64,000 nt of DNA. Origin: Raja brachyura (lineage: Eukaryota). The DNA is taken from assembly GCA_963514005.1 (NCBI GenBank), contig OY740821.1, positions 13,020,001-13,084,000 of the forward strand. Direction: 5' to 3'. Below are positions 27,674 through 61,145 of the stretch, piece after piece; position 1 is the first letter of the stretch, and every line of letters begins with the position of its first letter. The position numbers and the translations under genes were made by a program. Under the pieces are notes generated by a model. That model was given only the letters and a program-made list of their open reading frames with translations. It did not search any database and was not told the origin of the DNA.

Positions 27674-28016
27674 AGTGCTGGAGTAACTCAGCGGGTCAGG
27701 CAGCATCTGTGGAGAACATGGATAGGTGACGTTTCACAGAGTGCTGGAGTAACTCAGCGGGTCAGGCAGCATCTGTGGAGAACATGGATAGGTGACGTTT
27801 CACAGAGTGCTGGAGTAACTCAGCGGGTCAGGCAGCATCTGTGGAGAACATGGATAGGTGACGTTTCAGAGTGCTGGAGTAACTCAGCGGGTCAGGCAGC
27901 ATCTGTGGAGAACATGGATAGGTGACGTTTCACAGAGTGCTGGAGTAACTCAGCGGGTCAGGCAGCATCTGTGGAGAACATGGATAGGTGATGTTTCAGG
28001 TCGGAATCTTTCTTCA
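27674..28016. repeat. Tandem array of five ~66-bp Penelope-derived units
   Basis: Unit AGTGCTGGAGTAACTCAGCGGGTCAGGCAGCATCTGTGGAGAACATGGATAGGTGACGTTTCACAG starts at 27674, 27740, 27806, 27870, 27936. Confidence 0.95.
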
Positions 28017-28964
28017 TGCAATGTCCATGTTCTCCAGATATTTGTGTAAGTATATCTGTAAATTAAGACCAATATTTCTATCTGAAACTTCATCTGAAAT
28101 GAGATGTTTAATAAAGAATAAGCACAAACACAAGTGTGTAAATACAATTTACAGGCCAAAAATGGATATTTAAAAAAAAAGTAAACAGGGCCAGTCCAAG
28201 TGGTATACTTTCCAAAGCCATGTTTAATTTGTAATGCAGTGATTATCTAAATACTTACGATAAGATGTTGATAAGACCAAAATCCAGACAGCTTGAGTCT
28301 CCAAGATACTAGAAATAATTTCAAATCAATTATCTTGTCAAACACAAAAAACAATTATAGTTGATTGGATTTTGAATGAGAGCATTTTCAACAGAAATCA
28401 GTCAGTTCATGAACTTTAGAATGTGTATCTCCATGTATGTGCCTTAAAGTAACAGCGTCTGGTTGTTTATAGTTAAAATGTAATAACTGACCTGCAGAAG
28501 CGATTTCGACCGTCACTCTGACCCTGATGAAAAATCATTACGCACGCACCACTGCTCTCGGCAATGTGTAACTCAATCCTAGACTGGTCTGTGTATGGAA
28601 GTGGGGTAGAAGAAGCAAGGATAGGAGGTACTGACCCAACCCCAACGAAGACTTTAATCATGTTGAAGTAAAGTCCAAAAGCAAAATGCGACAGGCAACA
28701 AGTCTGAATTGCATACAATGTATACATGCATCATACTTTTAAGGTGCCCCTCCAAAAGCAGTGAATTAAAGAAATGTAAGAATAAGAGGAAGGATGCAAT
28801 GCCAAGGCTTTATAAAGTGCTGGTCAATGTTCTGCAACACCCTCTCTCGCTGCACCCTCTGTAATTCCTCCTGCTCTCTGACTAAATTTTAACCCAGACA
28901 CACTATCTCAGCCATGTGCGTTTTCTCAGTGCTTGCCTGCGCCTCCATCTTCTGACTTGGGTAT

Positions 28965-29386
28965 TCAAATTGGAGGAACAGCACCTCATATTTCACTTGG
29001 GCAGCTTACAACACAGTGGTATGAACACTGACTTCTCCAACTTCAAGTAACCCTCGTATCCTCTCTCTATTCCCTCCCCCACCCTAGTCGTTGAACTAGT
29101 TTCAGTCGTCCTGCTGAGTTTCACCATTTGTATTACTAGTTATCACCTTCCCCACAGCCTACAATGGATCATTGTGGGCTCAATCTTTTTTTGATCATCG
29201 TTGCTGGCTTTGATCTGTCTTTTTGCATATCTTTCATTAGTTTGTTCCATGTACCTTTTCATATCTCTCGGTCCCCTCTCCTCTAACTCTCAGTGTGAAG
29301 GGTCTCAACCCAAAACATCACCTATTCCTCTTCTCCAGAAATGCTGCCTGACGCGCTGAGTTACTCCAGCTTTTTGTGTCTATCTT
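28965..29386 (+). mobile_element. Penelope-like element 3' fragment
   Basis: KLEEQHLIFHLGSLQHSGMNTDFSNFK* then a 3' UTR ending in the short repeat. Confidence 0.8.
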
Positions 29387-30280
29387 ACATATACAATGTC
29401 TGCCTAAAATGGCCAATGTGTCACACCAAATGTAACTTCTGAGCTCAATTCAGGATAAAGTGGAGTGAATACACAGGAATATTTGAATCACTGAAATTAC
29501 CTTCATAGCTCTCTCTTGATAAAGTTTGCTTTTGTGCTTTTCTGTCAAGCAAACCCCCTTGAACTTTGGGAAATTTGAGAATCAAGCCTTTATCTTCTTT
29601 AGGTGGATGGGAAGTACTGGAGTAATGTCAGGCTTTCAAATAATCGCATATAGAAGCACAAGCAACTGGCAAACAACAGCTTAAGTAGAAAGAAGTATGA
29701 TCTAAGTTTATATTTCATTCAATTTGGTCATTGTGATTTATTTTAAACATTGTTGGGAGAGAGATGCAGGACCGGATGCAGACTGAAAATGTTCAGTCAA
29801 CATACAATGGTGGTGTAGGGAGGAGCCCTGAAAACCAAATTACTTCAATAACAGCAACAGTTTTCTGTTAACCTCAGTAGAGTCATTTGTTTCTCACCGT
29901 GATAAGATGTTTAATTATCTCATCAATTACTGTGGCAATCAAAATAGTGCATGAAACAGGCTGCACAGTTCACCTGCAAAAGGAGCAGCAACTTTGTTTT
30001 GCATGCTATCCGGGCAAATTATACCATGAACTAGTACAATCAAACCACACACAAGCACAACAGGCAGTGCAAAGAAAATTAAACAGAGTGCAGAATCTAG
30101 TGTTACAGCTACAGAGAAAATACAGATTTACAAACAAAAATTAAGGGCTGCAGTGAGGTAGATCAGGACGAGGTCCATTCATAAAACAGGAATAGCTTCT
30201 TCCCTCACTTCTAGCAGAATCTAGTGGTGGAGATGCAATGCCATGCAAAGGAAACTGGGCAAAACTGTTGCTTTTCACAT

Positions 30281-31802
30281 GGAGAGAGAGAGGGGGGGAG
30301 AGAGAGAGGGGGGGAAAGAGAGGGGGGGGGAAAGAGAGGGGGGGGAAAGAGAGGGGGGGGGAAAGAGAGGGGGGGGGGAAAGAGAGGGGGGGGGGGAAAG
30401 AGAGAGGGGGGGAAAGAGAGGGGGGGAAAGAGAGGGGGGGGAAAGAGAGGGGGGGGGAAAGAGAGGGGGGGGAAAGAGAGGGGGGGGAAAGAGAGGGGGG
30501 GGAAGAGAGGGGGGGGAAAGAGAGGGGGGGGAAAGAGAGGGGGGGGAAAGAGAGGGGGGGGAAAGAGAGGGGGGGGGAAAGAGAGGGGGGGGGAAAGAGA
30601 GGGGGGGGGGGAAAGAGAGGGGGGAAGAGAGGGGGGGGAAAGAGAGGGGGGGAAAGAGAGGGGGGGGAAAGAGAGGGGGGGGAAGAGAGGGGGGGGAAAG
30701 AGAGGGGGGGGAAAGAGAGGGGGGGGAAAGAGAGGGGGGGGAAGAGGGGGGGGAAGAGGGGGGGGAAAGAGGGGGGGGAAAGAGGGGGGGGAAAGAGGGG
30801 GGGGAAGGAGAGGCGGGGAAGGAGAGGGGGGGAAGAGAGGGGGGGAAGAGAGGGGGGGGAAGAGAGGGGGGGAAGAGAGGGGGGGGGAAGAGAGGGGGGG
30901 GGAAGAGAGGGGGGGGAAGAGAGGGGGGGGAAGAGAGGGGGGGGGAAGAGAGGGGGGGGGAAGAGAGGGGGGGGGAAGAGAGGGGGGGGGAAGAGAGGGG
31001 GGGGGAAGAGAGGGGGGGGGAAGAGAGGGGGGGGGAAGAGAGGGGGGGAAGAGAGGGGGGGAAGAGAGGGGGGGGAAGAGAGGGGGGGGAAGAGAGGGGG
31101 GGGAAGAGAGGGGGGGAAGAGAGGGGGGAAGGGAGGGGGGGAAGGGAGGGGGGGAAGGGAGGGGGGGAAGGGAGGGGGGGAAGGGAGGGGGGGAAGGGAG
31201 GGGGGGGAAGGGAGGGGGGGGGGAAGGGAGGGGGGGGGGAAGGGAGGGGGGGGAAGAGAGGGGGGGGAAGAGAGGGGGGGGAAGAGAGGGGGGGGGAAGA
31301 GAGGGGGGGGAAGAGAGGGGGGGGAAGAGAGGGGGGGGAAGAGAGGGGGGGGAAGAGAGGGGGGGGAAGAGAGGGGGGGGAAGAGAGGGGGGGGAAGAGA
31401 GGGGGGGGGAAGAGAGGGGGGGGAAGAGAGGGGGGGGAGAGAGGGGGGGGGAGAGAGGGGGGGGGAGAGAGGGGGGGGGAGAGAGGGGGGGGGAGAGAGG
31501 GGGGGGGAGAGAGGGGGGGGGGAAGAGAGGGGGGGGAAGAGAGGGGGGGGAAGAGAGGGGGGGGAAGAGAGGGGGGGGAAGAGAGGGGGGGGAAGAGAGG
31601 GGGGGGAAGAGAGGGGGGGGAAGAGAGGGGGGAAGAGAGGGGGGGAAGAGAGGGGGGGGGAAGAGAGGGGGGGGAAGAGAGGGGGGGGGAAGAGAGGGGG
31701 GGGGAAGAGAGGGGGGGGGAAGAGAGGGGGGGGGAAGAGAGGGGGGGGGAAGAGAGGGGGGAGGGGGAGGGGGAGAGTGAGAGAGAAAGAGTGAGAGAGA
31801 AA
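30281..31802. repeat. ~1.5-kb polypurine minisatellite (A2-3GAGA G6-10)n
   Basis: Only A/G from 30281 to 31777 apart from one C at 30814; the long G/E/R/K and P/S/L/F ORFs are artefacts of this repeat. Confidence 0.97.
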
Positions 31803-31900
31803 TGAAACCTCACCTTCCTTTCTCCAGAGATGCTGCCTGACCCGTTGAGTTCCTCCATTTTTTTGTATCAATCTTCGGTATAAACCAGTATCTGCAGTGC

Positions 31901-33350
31901 CCAGCCGGGCATAACGACTCGGCATTTAGGATTTGAAAAGGAGCGGCCGCTATCAGTGTGGGTGGGGCGGGAAGCAACGGCCGCCATTGCGCGGGAGCGA
32001 GCGTTGACAGTTGGTCGGGCCGGGAGCGAGCATTGACAGTTGGTCGGGCAGCCCAGGAGCGATGGTTGACTGTTGTGGTACTTGAATGAGCAAGGGTCAA
32101 CAGCTGGATGGCCGAGCATTGATATTTGTGGGGGGGGGGGGGGGGGGGGGGGTGGCGGTTAACGGCCATTGAACAATTGATTGAGTGTACCGACGAGAAG
32201 GGTCAACAACAGTTCGACCGTGCTGTTAACGGACGGACACAGGTGGGGGGTGTTGGTGGTGCAGGCGGTTGACTGGCGTCGATAATTGAGAGGTTGAAGG
32301 CAGGCGGGAGTGTCCACAGCTGGAGGCCGTGAGCGAACGAGCGTCGATAGTAGGGTCGGCGGGAGGTTAACAGACGTCAACAGCGGGAAGTTAACGGGCT
32401 GGAGAGTTGGGTTGGCGGGAGGTTAACGGGCGTCGAAAGCTGGAGCTGTGCGGGGGAGCAATGACAGCTGGCGCCGGATGGGCGGGAGGTTAACAGGTGG
32501 GGGTTTAACGTGACAGTTGTTGGGGGGGGGGGGGGGGGGGAGAAGGGGGGGGTAATCGACAGTTGCCGTTGGACGGGTGCGGCCGTTGAGAAAGCGCCCA
32601 CGTGGGGGTCGATTGTTCGCCACATTTTGAAGGACTGCCTCGAGACTGTCATGGCGTCCACTACATCTACAGCTCACTGTTCTGCTATAAATTGCTGTAA
32701 TCGACAATGTAGACGACCCTATCTGTCTTTCTTCAGGTTCCCCAATAACAAAGAAAGGTGAGGAAATATTATTGTTTTCTGTCGATATTATTCTGTCCTG
32801 AATGTTATTTTCTGTTTGGGGAGAGGGGGGGACGGGTAAAGAGAAGGAGGGGTGGGGGAAGAGTAGGAGGGGGGTAGATAGGGGATACTTACATGCTTAT
32901 AAAACCTGGATTTTGAGGCGGGTTGTGTGCGGAGAGTCGCAACGGCCGTTCACATGATCACGAGCTTTGACATAGGCAGCGGGGGGGGGGGGGGGGGGCT
33001 GAGGCTCGAGCAAAGGCATATGTAAATGAGATCCATTCCGATTGGATATCTGTTAGCATTGGGCATTGTGACATCACACGATGGGACGTGCTTCAACGTT
33101 CTATGGGTGAGAAGCAGTTGGATTTTTAAAACATTTTAAAAAAATGTAATGCTTTTTTCCAAAAAAGCAGGGAAAGGATGAACCAAATTTTCTAATTTTC
33201 CAAACATTTTTTCCCACAGAGGAAAAACCCTCCGGGAATATGTAAAAGTTGTTCTGTTTTTGCAAATTTTGGAGGAGATCCACAAATGCCTTAAATGAAT
33301 ATTAATGAAATAGAACCCGGACAAACCAACACGAGTTTTAAATAGATAGA
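31901..33350 (-). mobile_element. Helitron-like non-autonomous element carrying a THAP exon
   Basis: Minus-strand 5' end A|TCTATCTATTTAAAACTCGTG resembles the 44295 element's end; internal GTAAATGAGATCC..ATT..GATTGGA shared with ~43990; GC hairpin and CTGG at 31901-31923 (3' end less clear). Confidence 0.55.
32651..32757 (+). pseudogene. Isolated THAP zinc-finger N-terminal exon (gene or transposase fragment)
   Basis: gtcATGg start; MASTTSTAHCSAINCCNRQCRRPYLSFFRFPNNKER fits C-x4-C-x-N...FFRFP...R; ends in donor AG|GTGAGG; no downstream W...LCxxHF exon seen. Confidence 0.75.
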
Positions 33351-34369
33351 TGGATGGATATGATTGAACATAAGTCAAGAAATCATTTTCCAACGTTATA
33401 GAGACTTTCGTTAGGCCGTATTTGGTGTGCAGTTTAGTTCAGAGATAAGAGCATGGAAATGCTCTTCAGCCCATCGAGTCCACACCGAACATTGATCACC
33501 CGTTCACACTAGTTTCATGTTATCCCACTTCCTGCACACTAGAGGCAATTTACAGAGGCCAATTAACCTTCAAACTCGCATGTCTGTTGGATGTGGGAGG
33601 AAAGCCACGTGGTCAGGATCGAACCTGGGTCTCTGGCGTTGTGATGCAGAAGCTCTATCTGTCGCGCCTGCAGGAGGGAAGCGAAGGCTTTGGAGAGGAT
33701 GCAGAAGACATTCCGAACCTTTTACCCCAGGGTACAAATGTCAAATCTTAGAGGGCGTAGTTTTAAGGTGAGAGGAGCAAATTTTAAAGGTGATGTGCAG
33801 TGCTTTGGGTGCCTGGAACATACTGCCAGGGGTGGTGGCAATAAGCAGATACGATAGTAGTATTTGAAGAGATGTTTAGATATTGCATTGCACATGCAGG
33901 AAATGGAGGGATATGGTGCAGGCAAAGGAGACTAGCTTAACTTGCCATCATGTTCGGTACAGACAATGTGGGCTGAAGGGCCTGTTCCCATGCTGTTCCA
34001 ACATGTCATTGGTGCTGTGCAATAATCCCAACCGTAGCAATGAAGGACACGCTGGGTCAACTCGAACGTGCTCATGAGATTTTGATACTAAGCCTATTTT
34101 CACTACACAGTATGGGAGCTTTTACACATACAAGTTTAAAATTCTGCAGCACGAAGAGAAAGTTGTTCCACTGAGTGAAGAGATTGTAATAAAAGAGGTC
34201 CCAAATTTTCAAATCACTACCTAGAGACAAGGTTAAGAGAAATTCCTACAAAATAAATTGCGACAGATAATTATGTCCAGCTGCAATATCTCAAATCCGT
34301 ATTAAAGCATCTCCAAAATCCCTTTGGATTCAGCACAGAAAAAAGACAAACTTATTAAAAAATATCTTG

Positions 34370-35960
34370 AATTGAGTTTTTTTATTCGACGACTTAAAAA
34401 TGCACGGAGTGCATATTTTGAGTATCAAAAGCAGATGGTCGGCAGCCATGTTGCACTAACAATGCCAGATCACTCCCAGCAGCTGCTCCAGGGTCAGTGC
34501 CAGGGCAACAACGGATGAACAAGGAAGCATTGCTGCCTGCAAAGGTCGTGCGCACCAAGTGGTAGCAGTGTGGTGCAATCACAAAGGAACCATTATAATG
34601 AACAGCAATGAGCAACATCCATAAAGACTGGGAATCATCCATTATGACCAGAATCACATTACACCAAGGGTCCTTTAATGACTGGAAGGTATTGCAGCCA
34701 ATGGCGGGGGACATGAAGCAAGACAAACCAAATGCAGGATTAATATTCACTTATTTATTTAATCCCCACAGTGACCCAAAACAAATCATGGTATTACACT
34801 GAGCTCCTATCTCACACAAACACACAGAAGTCATTGACGGTAAGTAAGGGCTGGCAAAACAAGAGTCCTTATTCTAGTTTGGTATGCTATTCTTTTTTTG
34901 TTTTTTTTTAAATAAAAAAGGTAGGGACAGCATTTTCAAATATCAACAGAATACTGGCCAATCTTCAAAAGAGACAGAAATCAGACAGAACCACACAATT
35001 CATTATATTATATAAATCTGCATCAATTCAGCCTTTGCTCACAAGTACACTTCCAATCCTGCAATTCAGGCCTGTAAAATGTAAATTCCCTCTTCCCCAA
35101 AAATATGAGAGAGAAAAAAATAAAACATTTCACAGTACAGAAACAATGTACATGGATTCCGTACTGGTCTATTGTCAATTGTTATTTGGCCCATTACGCA
35201 CAGAGGTTCAGAATTAATCTTGGTATTAATTTTAAAACAAAATATTCCCAGCCTCCTGGAGATTGCGAAAAACTTCTGAATTACTTGGTATAGGTAAATA
35301 ATAGCTTTGCATGTACTTTTTCAATTTATCCTGAGCTGTTTCGAGTCTACAGAAAACTCTACTGGAGGAAAGATTACCAGCAATTGCAGCATTTTAATTT
35401 GTAACTACAATAGGTAACGGGGAGAATGGCAATATTTCATAAAACTGGATACAAAAGGTGGTGGAAAATGTCAATAATCTATACAGTTTAAAAATGTTTT
35501 GGAAACTCTGCCCTATTCCACCCACCCCAAGATCTGAGCAAAGAGCATTAGATGACTATAACACTGTCTCAGTAAGCAGTAATAGCCAACAAGTTGGATG
35601 ACTACACAAACACCCGAGGGAAACTACTGCATAGCAAAAAAAAGGCCTGGGGTTAGAGTTAAACAGCTACCTTTAAATCTTCTATACCAATTACTCTCAT
35701 TGCCATATGTTCTTGCTTGGATAAAAAATATAAAACCATACAAATAGCACAAAGATTTTTTTTGTTTTTTTATTTTTTTTTTGAAGTAGTCTGCAGTCAT
35801 AAATGCGAGTCCTGTGGTCCTCCCTCAGTGTAAGAATATAGGAGCTGGTGAAAAGGGTCCCGCAAGCTGTACACTAAACAGCTGGGGGCTGGAGCTCGTC
35901 ATCAGGTACAGACAGTATGTCAAAGGTCAGGTTAGTTCTGGGGCTATGGTTTACGAGAGA
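34370..35960 (-). other. PA2G4: Probable PA2G4 3' UTR; candidate AATAAA signals at 34754-34759 and 34381-34386
   Basis: Apparently TE-free AT-rich stretch after the stop with TTTATT hexamers on the + strand; the true 3' end cannot be determined from sequence. Confidence 0.5.
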
Positions 35961-58240
<22,280 letters not shown>

Positions 58241-58779
58241 GAATCCTCAAACTGACAGTTAAAGCTGAGAGAACAGTAGTACCACAGAGGAAAAAAGCAA
58301 GTGGGTGGCTCTTACAATACAATACAGTTTATTATACCTTAAATTGAGCTGCAAATTTGAAACTAAATAAAATTTGAATTCCAATAGCACCATTTATAAA
58401 GTATCAAATATATATGTTTGAAGTGAAGACGGTTGTTATTGCTGGTATGTTCATTCGTGCACAGCAAACTACCAGACACAAGTGTGTGATAACTCGGTGT
58501 GTTAAGGGATAAACATAGTTTAGGGTTCAAGAGAGAACTTTTCTGTTCATTCAAACAGTCTTATGAGATTTTTTTTTTAAAAGAGGGGCAGAAAGAACAT
58601 TCATTGAATGTCACATCTGAAAGATAATAAATAGGTTACATCTCAACATGACCATGAACTTGCAGGAATGTTATCTCACGCTAGAGAGAGTCTAAACTGG
58701 CTTGGCAGAGGGATGGAACTTGAGAGAAACAAAGTTGGCAATAGGAGTGAGAAATGTGGCAAGTAAAATAAATACGCAT

Positions 58780-59650
58780 TTGAAAACACAGACAGGGTCA
58801 GAGGAAGGAAAAAATGTTAAAATGCGAAATTTAAAAGCAACATATCTTATTGAAAGTTACATCTGCAAGAAGGTGAGTGGATTAACAACACACATAGGCC
58901 TAAATAGGAATGATCTAATTATCATCATGGAAACATGGCTGCAAGATGGCCAGACTTGGAAACTAAATATTTCATGGTATATGACATTTGAGAAGGACAG
59001 GCATAAGGGAAAAGGAGGTATGAGATGGCAACAGTACAGTACATACTCAGAAATGCTCAGAAATTATGCTGGCTTGGCAGATGGTGACATAGAATTAGAA
59101 ACAATTTAAGTTTTGCCAAAAAACAGCAGGGGGCAGGAAACATTGGTGGGAGTTGTTCATAGGCATCTGAATAAAAGTCGTGATGAAGAGTGCACTATAA
59201 ATGAGCATATCAAGATGTGTGTTTAACTACACGCATCGTGGCATTTTTGATCCATTACTAGTCTGGGAAAATTTAGAGGCTGAATTCCTGGAATATAAAT
59301 TCAGGTGAATTTCTGAACTGGTTTGTTGAAGAACAAACAATTTTAGACCTAAAACAGTACAGAAAGAAAGGTTGAATTAATAAGGTAGGCACAAAAGGCT
59401 GGAGTAACTCAGCGGAACAAGCAGCATCTCTGGAGAGACTGTTTTAGGTCGAGACCTTTCTTCAGACTTCAGTAAACTACAGTAAAAAGGTATGATGTTG
59501 GACAAGCAATGATTAGCAGTTAAAGAAATAATATGTGATTTGTTACAAATATACATTCTTTCAAGGCAATAAAGACACAATGGGAAAATGAATTAATCAT
59601 GGTTTACATGAGATAGTAAAGACAGCATTAAATCTAAGGAAAGTCTTATA
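58780..59650 (+). mobile_element. Old CR1 ORF2 endonuclease-region remnant with a nested Penelope-derived repeat (59385-59468)
   Basis: DLIIIMETWLQDGQTWKLNISWYMTFEKDRHKGKGG is an APE-domain-like motif. Confidence 0.7.
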
Positions 59651-60420
59651 AAGGTACCAGGCTGATATTGCATCCTTTTACAGATTCCAGCATTTCCCCC
59701 AATTAGCGATGTCAAACTAACAGGTTGGCCATTCCCTATATTTTCCCAACGATGCTCAGAATAACAAAAATCAATGATCCTATAACCAACACTTTCACCA
59801 CAAAATATGCTCTTCCATGGTTTAATACTTAGCAATGGGTCCTATGTTGAACTTGAAGTCAATTCCCATGGGACTGGCAACTTGTAAAGTAACTACATCT
59901 ACTGGAGATTTTCAAGGCTTTTTATGAGGAAGTCAATATTCATTGATCTGTTCATGGTAACTGAGCAAAACTTTTCAAAGGGATGGTGAATTTGTGCAAG
60001 GAGTTTGTAATAGGGTAAAAATACAAATAAATAGTTGCACAAAGAAATACAGGTGAAACCCCCCCCCCCCCCCACAGTATGGCCAGCCTAATTCACACTG
60101 ACATAATTCACAAATCACTACCCTGAAATTTGAGCCGAGGAATAAAATTTGCTTACATGGAATTCATGTGAAAAAAAATAAATTAACAAGTTTTTTTCAA
60201 CTTGCATTTTTTGACCAGTGCACAGATGATGCAGATTCACATTACAGAAAATCACAGTGCAGACCATTTCCTAGGAACGCAACCCCTCATAACATGGGGA
60301 TCACCTGTATGTAGGAGCAGGTTGAGCACTAATCAATAAAAGGTTGGGCAAAACCACTGTGTTGTTTGGGGCTACGAATATTTTGATAATTAGGACCCCT
60401 TGGGACAGATATAATTCAAG

Positions 60421-61145
60421 TTACATAGAAAATAGGTGCAGGAGGAGGCCATTCGGCCCTTCGAGCCAGCACCGCCATTCATTGTGATCATGGCTGATCG
60501 TCTCCAATCAATAACCCGTGCCTGCCTGCTCCCCATATCCCTTGATTCCACTAGCCCCTAGAGCTCTATCTATTTTCAATTCGAAATTCCAAGCCGCTGA
60601 GGAGTGTTCACACGACACTGGAGTTCCATCTTCCCGGCAAGAGGGTCTATAACATCGGACTGGCTGCGGAGGCCACAAATAGGCCCCAACCTCAGGTGAT
60701 CACAGAGGAAGAGGACTGAACTTTCTGGTGCCTTTCCCCACAGTGGAAATTTTTGATTCTGCTGTGGGGGGGACATTCATGTTGAATTATATGTGTTGTG
60801 TCATTTTTCTTTAAAAAAAATTTTTTTCTATGGATGTAAAGCACATTGGTTTTAACGCTAGTTGATTTAAATGTGCTATATAAATAAAATTTACTTACTT
60901 ACTATCTAACTCTCTCTTAAATCCATCCAGTGACTTGGCCTCCACTGCCCTCTGTGGCAGAGAATTCAACAAATTCACAACTCTCTGGGTGAAAACGTTT
61001 TTTCTCACTTCAGTCTAAAATGGCCTCCCCTTTATTCTAAGACTGTGGCCCCTGGTTCTGGACTCGCCCAACATTGGGAACATGTTTCCTGCATCTAGCT
61101 TGTCCAGTCTTTTTATAATTTTATATGTTTCTATAAGATCTCCCT
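60421..61145 (-). mobile_element. CR1 3' fragment split by a nested + strand retroposon (60573-60901)
   Basis: CR1 sequence resumes after the insert; TSD CTATCTA at 60566-60572 and 60902-60908; insert ends AATAAAAT(TTAC)n. Confidence 0.88.

Noticed and set aside
27674-28016. CRISPR-like regular array
   Set aside because: Units are contiguous with no unique spacers; eukaryotic context, no cas genes.
30141-31925. Five ORFs of >500 aa on both strands
   Set aside because: Stop-free by-product of the polypurine repeat; low complexity in all frames.
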